Source: Candidatus Cryptobacteroides sp.
Lineage (GTDB): Bacteria; Bacteroidota; Bacteroidia; Bacteroidales; UBA932
Direction: 5' to 3'
NCBI GenBank assembly: GCA_045614445.1
Contig: JAZLCW010000009.1
Span: forward strand, 5,276 to 69,275
DNA: 64,000 nucleotides
Made by a program: the position numbers and the translations under genes. Below are positions 18,635 to 29,663 of this stretch, one piece after another. The notes beneath the pieces are model-generated. The model searched no databases. It saw only the letters and a list, made by a program, of their open reading frames with translations, and was not told the DNA's origin. Every line of letters begins with the position of its first letter. Position 1 is the stretch's first letter.

Positions 18635-19819
18635 ATGATTAAGACAATTTACTTTGCTGGAGGATGCTTCTGGGGCACCGAACATTACCTGAGACAGTTT
18701 GATGGCATCGTCGGGACATCAGCAGGATATGCGAACGGAAACATTCCTGATCCGACATACAAGGAAGTATATACTGATACGACCGGTCATGCGGAATGCG
18801 TGAAGGTATCTTATGACTCGGAGGTCATATCCCTCCAGACCCTGTGCAGACTGTTTTTCCGGTCGATCGATCCGCTTCTGAAAAACCGTCAGGGAGAGGA
18901 CATCGGCACCAGATACAGAACAGGAATCTATTGGGCTGACCCGCAGGACAAGAAGGACATCGAATTGATTTATGATCAGGTCCAAGCTGCATATTCCGCT
19001 CCTCTGGCTGTCGAAAAAGAGTCTCTGAAATGTTTTTACCCCGCAGAGGAATACCATCAGGACTACCTTGTCAAGAATCCTGACGGATATTGTCATCTCT
19101 CCCCTCTGACCCTGAAGGCCGCACGGCAATATTCTGAAACTCTTAAATCACTCAGATCATATTCTGACGAAGAAAAGAAGAAAGTCCTGCCTCGTTTCTT
19201 CAAGACAGGAAAAGGTCAATATGGTGAGGGCGACCGTTTTATCGGAGTGACAGTCCCGAACACGCGCAAGGTAGCCAAAGCTGCTGCCGGACTACCGCTG
19301 GAAGTCGTGGAAATGCTGCTGGAAAGCGAATGGCACGAAAGCAGGCTTTGCGCGTTATTGATATTGATCGAAAAATACAGGAAGGATCCGGAAACGATTG
19401 TCCGTTTTTATCTGAATCATACAAGATGGGTGAACAATTGGGATCTTGTGGATCTTTCTGCGCCATATATACTGGGTGATTATCTGAGTGAACGGGAAGA
19501 CCGCAGCATCATTTATGAACTTGCAGGATCATCCGTGATGTGGGAACAGAGAATAGCTGTCGTATCTACATTGATGCTTATCAGGAAGGGGCAGCTTGAG
19601 GATACGATGAGATTGGCCGGGATGCTATTGTCAGCAAGGCACGACCTTATGCAGAAAGCTGTGGGGTGGATGTTACGCGAAGTCGGAAAGAGGGACGAAG
19701 AACTTCTGTGCGGATTCCTGGAAAAGCACAAGAATGTCATGCCTCGCACAATGCTGAGATACGCCATCGAGAAATTCAGTCAGAATCAGAGGATGCACTT
19801 CATGTCGAAAGAAGTATAA
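18635..19819 (+). CDS. msrA: Fusion of peptide methionine sulfoxide reductase A and an AlkD-like DNA alkylation repair protein
   Basis: N-half YFAGGCFWG, GHAE, YRTGIY, AEEYHQDY, GYCH; C-half FFKTGKGQYGEGD, NNWDLVD, QKAVGWMLRE, LRYAIEK; -7 box at 18620-18627. Confidence 0.88.
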   Translation: MIKTIYFAGGCFWGTEHYLRQFDGIVGTSAGYANGNIPDPTYKEVYTDTTGHAECVKVSYDSEVISLQTLCRLFFRSIDPLLKNRQGEDIGTRYRTGIYWADPQDKKDIELIYDQVQAAYSAPLAVEKESLKCFYPAEEYHQDYLVKNPDGYCHLSPLTLKAARQYSETLKSLRSYSDEEKKKVLPRFFKTGKGQYGEGDRFIGVTVPNTRKVAKAAAGLPLEVVEMLLESEWHESRLCALLILIEKYRKDPETIVRFYLNHTRWVNNWDLVDLSAPYILGDYLSEREDRSIIYELAGSSVMWEQRIAVVSTLMLIRKGQLEDTMRLAGMLLSARHDLMQKAVGWMLREVGKRDEELLCGFLEKHKNVMPRTMLRYAIEKFSQNQRMHFMSKEV

Positions 19820-19915
19820 AACATCTCTTAAATCGATAATCCATTCCGCAAAGCAAGTCATTTTGACTTTCAAGGAATTGTAACTAACTTCGTAAGACTT
19901 TTTAGTATCGGAACT

Positions 19916-20692
19916 ATGAGAAATAAGACCATTCTGCTGCTTCTCGCAGCATTTACCCTCAGCAATGCGTGTCAGAACACTGCATCGGAAGTAGAAATCC
20001 ACCCGATCCAGGACAATGTCCAGCCAAGGATGATGCAGAGAGCTCTTTTCCAGGATGCTCCTGACAGCCTGATCTCGGCACTTGGTCTGGAAGAAGGAAT
20101 TCCAGCATCGGTATGCGCATTCCTCGTAAAGACTGAAGGCAAGGAGATTCTGTTCGATGCAGCTAACGGAGCGCCTGATTCACAACTTCTTCCGACTCTC
20201 GCTTCATTGGAAGTGAAACCTGAAGATATTGACCATATATTCATCACACACCTGCATGGTGACCACTTCGGAGGTCTGACAGCTGATGACAAAGCCGTTT
20301 TCCCAAATGCTCAATTGCATATCAACACCGTCGAACTTGATGCTTGGATGGCTATGCCGCAGGAGCAGACTGCAGGCCTGAGAAAGACAATCGCGCTTTA
20401 TAAAGACAGGCTCCGCACATTCACTCCCGATGAGACTCTGCCATGCGGAATAAAGGCGATCGAAGCCTACGGACACACTCCGGGACATACAGTCTATCAG
20501 GTAGGAAAGAACATTATTGCCGGTGACATCATGCACGGAACCGCACTTCAGGTAGACTATCCTCAGTACAGCGCACGTTTCGACATGGATAAGGAGAAGG
20601 CTGTAGAGACACGCAAGACTATCATGAAGTCTGCAGAAGAGGAAGGTCTCAAGGTTTACGGAATGCACTTCCCTGCTCCATACTGGCTCTAA
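19916..20692 (+). CDS. MBL-fold metallohydrolase (AHL-lactonase-like clan), likely lipoprotein
   Basis: THLHGDH, GHTPGH, GD, HFP; LSNA-C lipobox. Confidence 0.85.
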   Translation: MRNKTILLLLAAFTLSNACQNTASEVEIHPIQDNVQPRMMQRALFQDAPDSLISALGLEEGIPASVCAFLVKTEGKEILFDAANGAPDSQLLPTLASLEVKPEDIDHIFITHLHGDHFGGLTADDKAVFPNAQLHINTVELDAWMAMPQEQTAGLRKTIALYKDRLRTFTPDETLPCGIKAIEAYGHTPGHTVYQVGKNIIAGDIMHGTALQVDYPQYSARFDMDKEKAVETRKTIMKSAEEEGLKVYGMHFPAPYWL

Positions 20693-20703
20693 AAGAAGAA
20701 ATC

Positions 20704-21675
20704 ATGTTCAGAATAGGAATAATAGGTGCAGGATGGATTGCTGAAAAAATGGCTGAGGCCCTGGCTCCGCTGCATGATATTGAAACATATGCCATAGCCT
20801 CAAGATCACTCGAAAAGGCAAAGGGATTCGCTCAGAAGCATAACATTCCGAAGGCATACGGCAGCTATGAAGAAATGGTTGCCGATTCTGAGATTGACCT
20901 TGTATATATAGCCACTCCGCATTCGCACCACTTCGAGCATTCGATGCTGGCCCTCGAATACGGAAAACCTGTATTGGTGGAAAAGGCATTCACTGCGAAT
21001 GCTGCTCAGGCTGAGGAACTCATCGGCACAGCCAGAAGAAAAGGACTTTTCATAACCGAGGCAATCTGGACCAGATACATTCCTATGTCACACAGGGTGA
21101 CGGAGATCATGAAGAGCGGAATCATTGGAGAGCCGCGCATCATTACTGCTACACTCTGCTATATGATGGAACATAGGGAAAGGATAGTGAGGGCGGATCT
21201 CTGCGGAGGTGCCTTGCTGGATCTGGGAGTATATGCATTGAATTTCGCAAGGATGTATTTCGGCACGGACATAGTCAGGACGGTCAGCAACTGCCACCTC
21301 GGCCCTACCGGAATGGATATGCACGAATGCATATCTCTCAGCTACTCTGACGGCAGAATGGCCAATCTCCAGGCGGGAACTCTCTGCCTTAACGACCGTC
21401 AGGGTATAATCAGCGGCACGGAAGGCTATATCCGCATCGACAATATCAATTGCCCCGAGTGCATAGAGGTCTGGAGGAATTACGAGCTTGTAGAAAGAAT
21501 CACAAGGCCTGAAGACATGGTGAACGGCTATGAATATCAGGTGCTGGAATGCAAGCGATGCATCGAGAACGGCTTGACTGAATCTCCGCTGATGCCTCAC
21601 CAGGAGACAATCGACATTATGAAACAGATGGACAGCCTTAGAAAAGAATGGGGCGTCATTTACCCGATGGATTAA
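20704..21675 (+). CDS. Gfo/Idh/MocA oxidoreductase
   Basis: GIIGAGWIA, YIATPH, VLVEK, GGALLDLGVY. Confidence 0.92.
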   Translation: MFRIGIIGAGWIAEKMAEALAPLHDIETYAIASRSLEKAKGFAQKHNIPKAYGSYEEMVADSEIDLVYIATPHSHHFEHSMLALEYGKPVLVEKAFTANAAQAEELIGTARRKGLFITEAIWTRYIPMSHRVTEIMKSGIIGEPRIITATLCYMMEHRERIVRADLCGGALLDLGVYALNFARMYFGTDIVRTVSNCHLGPTGMDMHECISLSYSDGRMANLQAGTLCLNDRQGIISGTEGYIRIDNINCPECIEVWRNYELVERITRPEDMVNGYEYQVLECKRCIENGLTESPLMPHQETIDIMKQMDSLRKEWGVIYPMD

Positions 21676-22676
21676 TGAAGAGATTATTCAAGAAATACAT
21701 TGTCGATGCTATGAGTCATATGGCGATGGGCTTGTTCTGTTCCCTTATTATGGGACTGATCATAGGCCAGATCTCCAGGATTCCAGGACTCGGGTTTCTG
21801 GATTTCATTGCAGAAGCTTTGTCCAGCACTTCGCCATTGACGGGAGCATGTATTGGTCTTGCCATGGCATCAGGACTGTCCTGTGCACCCCTGGTTACGA
21901 TTTCATCAGCAATCACCGGTGCACTTGGTTACCAGTTCGGAGGGCCTGTGGGAGCATACATCAGCGTGATCATCGGATCAGAAATCGGAATGCTGATTTC
22001 AAAGAAAACTCCGGTAGATATCATTCTGACACCGATGGTTACGATAATCTGCGGAGGACTTTTCGCAAGATATTGCTGCTCCCCTATAAATGATTTCATG
22101 CTTTACCTTGGAGCTGTCATCAACAATGCCACTCAACTCAGTCCCTTCCTGATGGGTATCACTGTGTCTGTACTGGTAGGCTGTGCTCTTACTCTTCCGA
22201 TAAGTTCCGTAGCCATCTGTGTGATGCTTGGAATTGACGGACTTGCTGCAGGAGCGGCGACTGCCGGATGCTGTGCACAGATGATAGGATTCGCTGTGAT
22301 AAGCTATAGGGACAATGGACTGGGAGGTCTGCTTTCGCAAGGAGCAGGCACTTCAATGCTGCAGATCGGAAACATCATGCGAAAGCCGGTCATATGGCTG
22401 GCTCCTACCCTTACCTCAGCCATCCTGGGTCCGATATCCACCGTCTGGTTGGAAATGACCAACAATTCTCTTGGAGCAGGAATGGGTACATCCGGCCTCG
22501 TCGGCCCACTTGCCACATATGCGACAATGTATCCGGAGACTGATTCCCCAGGCATGCTGATAGTAAAGATTGTATGCCTCTATTTCATTGCACCTGCAAT
22601 TCTCAGCCTGGGCATCAATGCAATAATGACAAGACTTGGCTGGATAAAGCCTGGCGACATGAAACTGAATCAATGA
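21675..22676 (+). CDS. PTS EIIC-like (PfoR-type) membrane protein
   Basis: Start at TAATG overlap; MAMGLFCSLIMG, GGPVGAY, LPISS, GTSMLQ, GMGTSGLVG. Confidence 0.85.
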   Translation: MKRLFKKYIVDAMSHMAMGLFCSLIMGLIIGQISRIPGLGFLDFIAEALSSTSPLTGACIGLAMASGLSCAPLVTISSAITGALGYQFGGPVGAYISVIIGSEIGMLISKKTPVDIILTPMVTIICGGLFARYCCSPINDFMLYLGAVINNATQLSPFLMGITVSVLVGCALTLPISSVAICVMLGIDGLAAGAATAGCCAQMIGFAVISYRDNGLGGLLSQGAGTSMLQIGNIMRKPVIWLAPTLTSAILGPISTVWLEMTNNSLGAGMGTSGLVGPLATYATMYPETDSPGMLIVKIVCLYFIAPAILSLGINAIMTRLGWIKPGDMKLNQ

Positions 22677-23158
22677 TCAGAAAAGCTACATACAATGATA
22701 TTCCTTCCCTTATGGAGATATTCCATAAGGCGAAGGGAATCATGCGTGCAAGCGGCAATCTGCATCAATGGAACGACTTATATCCGTCTGAGGAAATAGT
22801 CAGAAAGGATATTGACGCCGGTCACAGCATCGTTCTCTGCAAAGATTCCCGTATCATAGCTACAATGGCATTCATTCCTGGACCGGATCCGACATATGCC
22901 CATATGGAAGGCAGCTGGCTGAATGATGATCCCTATCATGTGATTCATCGCATAGCAGCAGTAGAGCCCGGGCATAAAGCAGCTGAAACCCTGATAGACT
23001 GGGCATTCACCCATACCGGATGCATCAGGATCGACACACATAAGGACAATGTGATCATGCACCATATCCTGACGCGCTACGGTTTCACTCATTGCGGCAT
23101 CATCTATCTTGCCAATGGAGATCCCCGCGAAGCATATCAGAAACGAAATCAAAAATAA
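22673..23158 (+). CDS. GNAT-family N-acetyltransferase
   Basis: Start at ATGA overlap; IRKAT, QWNDLYPS, VIHRIA, IRIDTHKDN, GFTHCGII. Confidence 0.85.
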   Translation: MIRKATYNDIPSLMEIFHKAKGIMRASGNLHQWNDLYPSEEIVRKDIDAGHSIVLCKDSRIIATMAFIPGPDPTYAHMEGSWLNDDPYHVIHRIAAVEPGHKAAETLIDWAFTHTGCIRIDTHKDNVIMHHILTRYGFTHCGIIYLANGDPREAYQKRNQK

Positions 23159-23187
23159 ATAGGGACGGCCGCTTGGTCGTCCCTATT
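23158..23187. terminator. Bidirectional terminator
   Basis: AATAGGGACGGCC-gctt-GGTCGTCCCTATT between convergent genes. Confidence 0.7.
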
Positions 23188-23207
23188 CATATGATCATAA
23201 GTGGTTC

Positions 23208-25421
<2,214 letters not shown>

Positions 25422-25507
25422 TTATACACTATTTTCGATTTTCCATCGAGGCTCCGCCACAGTGGGCGGAATTTGAAAATAAATGGAACGAAATTGACAA
25501 AAGCAGC

Positions 25508-26866
25508 CTATTTTACCTGCCACCAGTCGAAGTCAAAGAACTGCTCGTCGCCTCCGCGGAAGAGAATATATACATCATGTTTACCCGTTACAGAGCGCGC
25601 AGGGAATGTTTTCATTGCACCGGAAGCATTGACATTGAAGGTCGCAAAAGGATCTCCGCCCAATGAATCAATATAAAATTCCACGACTCCCGGAGTACGG
25701 AAATTCAAGGTCATAAGTTCAATCTCAGACGGACTTTTCTCTCCAAAATCCACCTCACGGACCCTGATCCAGTCCCCATTATGGATCTGTGTGACATAGT
25801 GATCGAAACCAGCGAGTCTGTCAGTCTTCACTCCCCACGACCAGGCCATTGTCTCCGCCTCTACCCTATTATAAGGATTGACCGTACCTACAGGACGAGG
25901 GCCCTGCTTTGTGAACGGAATGAACGGAATGCTGCCATCCTCGTTGTAAGTGAATTCCTCTACGCAGGCCGAACGATGGAAACCGCCTCCGTTAGGAAGG
26001 GCTCCATTGTGATAGAACATATAGTTCCTGCCTTTGAACTCGACTTCACCGCCGTGGATAGTAAAGGCATTTTCTGCCTCATCCATTATACGGCCTTTGT
26101 ATGTCCACGGTCCATCGACAGAAGGAGCTGTCGAATAAGCCATATGCTCGGGAACGCCACCAGCCGGGTAAGTCATGTAGTAAATATCACCTCGACGTGA
26201 AACCCATGGCCCTTCCTCATATCCTACCATCATCTCCTCACGCCCTTTAGCCCAATTCATCTTCATGGACTCAGGGCCAAAAGAGGCCGGATCATGAAAA
26301 CCAGGTACTTCCTTATATCCGTTCTCAAACGATACCATGTCCTTTCCAAGTTTTCCGTACCAGCATCCTTTGTTTCCCCAGAAAAGGTATGCACTGCCGT
26401 CGCGGTCGATGAACACTGTCGGATCGATGAATGACCATCCTGTCGCGAGCGGTCCGCCTATGGCATCCTTATACGGTCCCTGCGGATGATCAGCTACAGC
26501 CACTGCAAGGGCATCTGCATTGGTCGCAGCCTCCGTAAGACAAACATACCAATACCATTTTCCATCCCTTTCCACGGCCTGCGAAGCCCAGGCGCGGTCA
26601 CCTTGAAAGGCCCAATCGAATGTCGCAGTCGAAACAGGAGTACCCAGATAGGTCCAGTTCACCATATCCTCTGTGGAATACAGCATCCAGTCCTTCATCT
26701 TGAAATAAGTGGCATCATCCTCATCATGCCCCGTAAACATGTAAAGTTTATCACCGGATGCGAATGGTGCCGGATCGGGAGTGTAGGCTGTGGTTACAAC
26801 AGGATTCTGAGCGGAGCAGATGGCTGCCACCAGACTCAGAGCCAAAATAATGGAAGTCTTCTTCAT
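25508..26866 (-). CDS. GH43 xylosidase/arabinofuranosidase with C-terminal CBM6
   Basis: PDPAP, AWASQ, IDPTVFID, EEGPW; NPYNRVEAET..GKHDVY..FDWWQ. Confidence 0.9.
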   Translation of the reverse strand: MKKTSIILALSLVAAICSAQNPVVTTAYTPDPAPFASGDKLYMFTGHDEDDATYFKMKDWMLYSTEDMVNWTYLGTPVSTATFDWAFQGDRAWASQAVERDGKWYWYVCLTEAATNADALAVAVADHPQGPYKDAIGGPLATGWSFIDPTVFIDRDGSAYLFWGNKGCWYGKLGKDMVSFENGYKEVPGFHDPASFGPESMKMNWAKGREEMMVGYEEGPWVSRRGDIYYMTYPAGGVPEHMAYSTAPSVDGPWTYKGRIMDEAENAFTIHGGEVEFKGRNYMFYHNGALPNGGGFHRSACVEEFTYNEDGSIPFIPFTKQGPRPVGTVNPYNRVEAETMAWSWGVKTDRLAGFDHYVTQIHNGDWIRVREVDFGEKSPSEIELMTLNFRTPGVVEFYIDSLGGDPFATFNVNASGAMKTFPARSVTGKHDVYILFRGGDEQFFDFDWWQVK

Positions 26867-26952
26867 ATAAGTCGATTTTTCACAAATATAGCTGATTTAA
26901 GTATATGAAAGCCATATTTTATCCATATATTTGTGTCCACTAACACATACTT

Positions 26953-27981
26953 ATGAAACACATATTCATCACAGCATTGGCTGCTATGATATCGGTTGCA
27001 GCTGCTGCACAGGAAGCAAGTCTTCTCAAGCTCGATGTCGAGGCCAGAGTCGATTATATGCAGGATTATCAGGCTGGTGCGAAAATCAATGACGCCAGCG
27101 GATTTAAAGGCAGATATCTGAATATCCGCATGGACGGAAATCTCGCGGAAAATGTTTCTTATTCGTATCGCCAGAGGCTGAACAAGCCTAACAAAGATGC
27201 GACTTTCTTCGACGCGACCGACTGGATCATGCTCAATTACTCATTAGGAAACTGGACTCTTTCCGGCGGCAAGCAGGTAGTCGGCATCGGTGGATTCGAA
27301 TATGACGGGGCCCCTATCGATCTATATTTCTGCTCGGAGTATTGGAACAATATTGCCTGTTATCAGTATGGTGCCAGCCTTGCCTGGGATACTGATTCCA
27401 AAGCTGACAGACTGATGTTCCAGTTCTGCGAAAGCCCTTTCCGCCGCAATGCCAGGAATACGGAAAACGATGAAATGTTCGCATATAATATCATGTGGAT
27501 AGGCTCGCACGGTATCTACAGTTCATTATATTCATTGAATTTCATAGAATATCTTCCTGGCAGATTCATCAACTATCTTGCACTCGGAAACCGTTTCACT
27601 GTCGGGGATTTCAGACTCGACCTCGACTTCATGAACAGAGCGGTCAGCGCGAAGGATTTCGGAAAAGACTTCTCTGTGATGTGTGAGCTTAAATGGTTCC
27701 CTCTAAACAGCCTTGATATCTTCGCCAAAGTCACTCACGACAGAAATCTTTCCGACGATGAGGGAGACTGGTGCGTGACTCCAGGTACTGCCCTTACCAG
27801 AATCGGTGGCGGTATCGAGTACTACCCTATCAAGAACTCCAAGGCATTAAGACTGCATCTGAACTGCTGCTATACTTATGGTAAAGCTACGACAGCAACA
27901 GTCCTTCAGAACAAGCAGACAATAATAGACGCAGGTATCACCTGGAAAATGAACATGCTGAACCTCAAACGCCGATCATAA
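26953..27981 (+). CDS. Outer-membrane porin (OprO/P-like Bacteroidales family)
   Basis: Signal peptide, YRQRLNK, GKQVVGIGGFEYD; paralogous to 58327-59520; -7 box at 26926-26933. Confidence 0.75.
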   Translation: MKHIFITALAAMISVAAAAQEASLLKLDVEARVDYMQDYQAGAKINDASGFKGRYLNIRMDGNLAENVSYSYRQRLNKPNKDATFFDATDWIMLNYSLGNWTLSGGKQVVGIGGFEYDGAPIDLYFCSEYWNNIACYQYGASLAWDTDSKADRLMFQFCESPFRRNARNTENDEMFAYNIMWIGSHGIYSSLYSLNFIEYLPGRFINYLALGNRFTVGDFRLDLDFMNRAVSAKDFGKDFSVMCELKWFPLNSLDIFAKVTHDRNLSDDEGDWCVTPGTALTRIGGGIEYYPIKNSKALRLHLNCCYTYGKATTATVLQNKQTIIDAGITWKMNMLNLKRRS

Positions 27982-29126
27982 TGAAATTCTCATTCCGCAA
28001 GCTTTGGAAGCTTATCCCATCAGGAGTCGTATGTCTTGTAATCGTATTCGGACTTTTCTCCTACCTCGGAGCAGTCATGGGCACTCCGAATATGCTGAAT
28101 ACAGTAATGAACACGGCTCACGACCTTCTGCTGAACACAGTATTCTACCTTATGGCCATCTGCGTCATCACCGGTGCCATTGGCCGTATATTCATGGAAT
28201 TCGGAGTTGTAGATCTGCTCGAGAAGCTTCTGAGGCCTCTCATGAAGCCGCTTTTCAATCTGCCGGGAGTGGCATCTTTAGGAGCTGTCCTGACCTTCCT
28301 TTCGGACAATCCTGCCATAATATCATTGACTAATGACAAGCGCTTCAGCAGCTATTTCAAGAAATACCAGTTCATATCCCTCACCAATTTCGGCACAGCC
28401 TTCGGAATGGGACTTCTGGTAATAGTATTCATGGTAGGCCAAGGTTACTACGCCGAGCCATTCATCGGACTTTTCGGTGCCATCTGCGGCTGTATCGTTT
28501 CCACACGTCTTATGCAGCATTTCGTGATCAAAGCATACCCGCAATATCTGACCGAGAACGCATGTGTCACTGACACCGAAGAACATAATGAGAAACAAGA
28601 TGAAGAAAAACCCCTTTTCCAGAGAATACTTGACTCGCTTCTTGACGGAGGCCGTACTGGTGTAGATGTGGGTCTTGCCATCATTCCCGGTGTCCTTATC
28701 ATATCTACCCTTGTGATGCTCCTGACCTTCGGTCCTTCTGACACTGGAGCCTACACCGGTGCGGCATATCAGGGTATCGAGCTTCTGCCTTGGATCGGAG
28801 AAAAGATAGACTTTGTATTCAAATGGCTTTTCGGATTCGAGGACCCTCACCTTATCGCCTTCCCTATCACAGCGCTTGGAGCAGTGGGAGCTGCCCTCGG
28901 ACTTATTCCTAACTTCATTTCACAGGGATGGATCGACGGCAACGCGATTGCAGTGTTCACAGCAATCGGTATGTGCTGGAGCGGATATCTCAGCACCCAC
29001 ACTGCAATGCTTGACAGCCTCGGCTACCGCCGACTCACATCCAAGGCGATCATTGCCCATACCATAGGAGGAATTGTTGCCGCAATCGTAGCGCACTGGA
29101 CTTTCGTGTTGTATTCATTGATATAA
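27981..29126 (+). CDS. Gate-domain (nucleoside-recognition-like) membrane transporter
   Basis: Multi-TM; PLFNLPG, FLSDNPAI, NFGTAFGMG, WSGYLSTHTAM; TAATG coupling to the porin. Confidence 0.7.
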   Translation: MKFSFRKLWKLIPSGVVCLVIVFGLFSYLGAVMGTPNMLNTVMNTAHDLLLNTVFYLMAICVITGAIGRIFMEFGVVDLLEKLLRPLMKPLFNLPGVASLGAVLTFLSDNPAIISLTNDKRFSSYFKKYQFISLTNFGTAFGMGLLVIVFMVGQGYYAEPFIGLFGAICGCIVSTRLMQHFVIKAYPQYLTENACVTDTEEHNEKQDEEKPLFQRILDSLLDGGRTGVDVGLAIIPGVLIISTLVMLLTFGPSDTGAYTGAAYQGIELLPWIGEKIDFVFKWLFGFEDPHLIAFPITALGAVGAALGLIPNFISQGWIDGNAIAVFTAIGMCWSGYLSTHTAMLDSLGYRRLTSKAIIAHTIGGIVAAIVAHWTFVLYSLI

Positions 29127-29129
29127 GCG

Positions 29130-29603
29130 ATGGCTGAGCAACTCATCATATCAGACGGCAGCAAGGAAGAAAAATACGCACTGCTGTATTCGCAGGTCGC
29201 AGCATTGACTGAAAGTGAAAGCGACATGATTGCCAATATGGCCAATATCGCTTCAATGATCCACTGCACCTTCGGTTTCTGGTGGACCGGATTCTACCGT
29301 GTGATAGATGACCGATTGATATTGGGCCCTTTCCAAGGTCCTCTTGCCTGCAGCAGGATCGGATTCGGTAAAGGAGTCTGCGGAACAGCCTGGAAACTTC
29401 AGGAAACCGTCATTGTCCCGGATGTGGAAAAATTCCCAGGGCATATTGCATGCAGCAGCGCCTCCCGAAGCGAGATTGTCGTGCCGGTCTTCGACAAGGA
29501 ACGACATATAGTCATAGCAGTCCTGGACATAGACAGCGACTCGCTGGATACATTCGACCAGACCGATGCGATCTGGCTTGAAAAGATTGTAAACAAGATT
29601 TGA
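29130..29603 (+). CDS. msrC: GAF-domain free methionine-R-sulfoxide reductase (fRMsr)
   Basis: WTGFY, LGPFQG, ACSRI, GKGVCG, HIAC, SEIVVP, LDIDS. Confidence 0.88.
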   Translation: MAEQLIISDGSKEEKYALLYSQVAALTESESDMIANMANIASMIHCTFGFWWTGFYRVIDDRLILGPFQGPLACSRIGFGKGVCGTAWKLQETVIVPDVEKFPGHIACSSASRSEIVVPVFDKERHIVIAVLDIDSDSLDTFDQTDAIWLEKIVNKI

Positions 29604-29663
29604 ATCAATAATATACAGAATCATCTGAATGCAATGATTTCTGATAAATAATCCTGACCTGAT

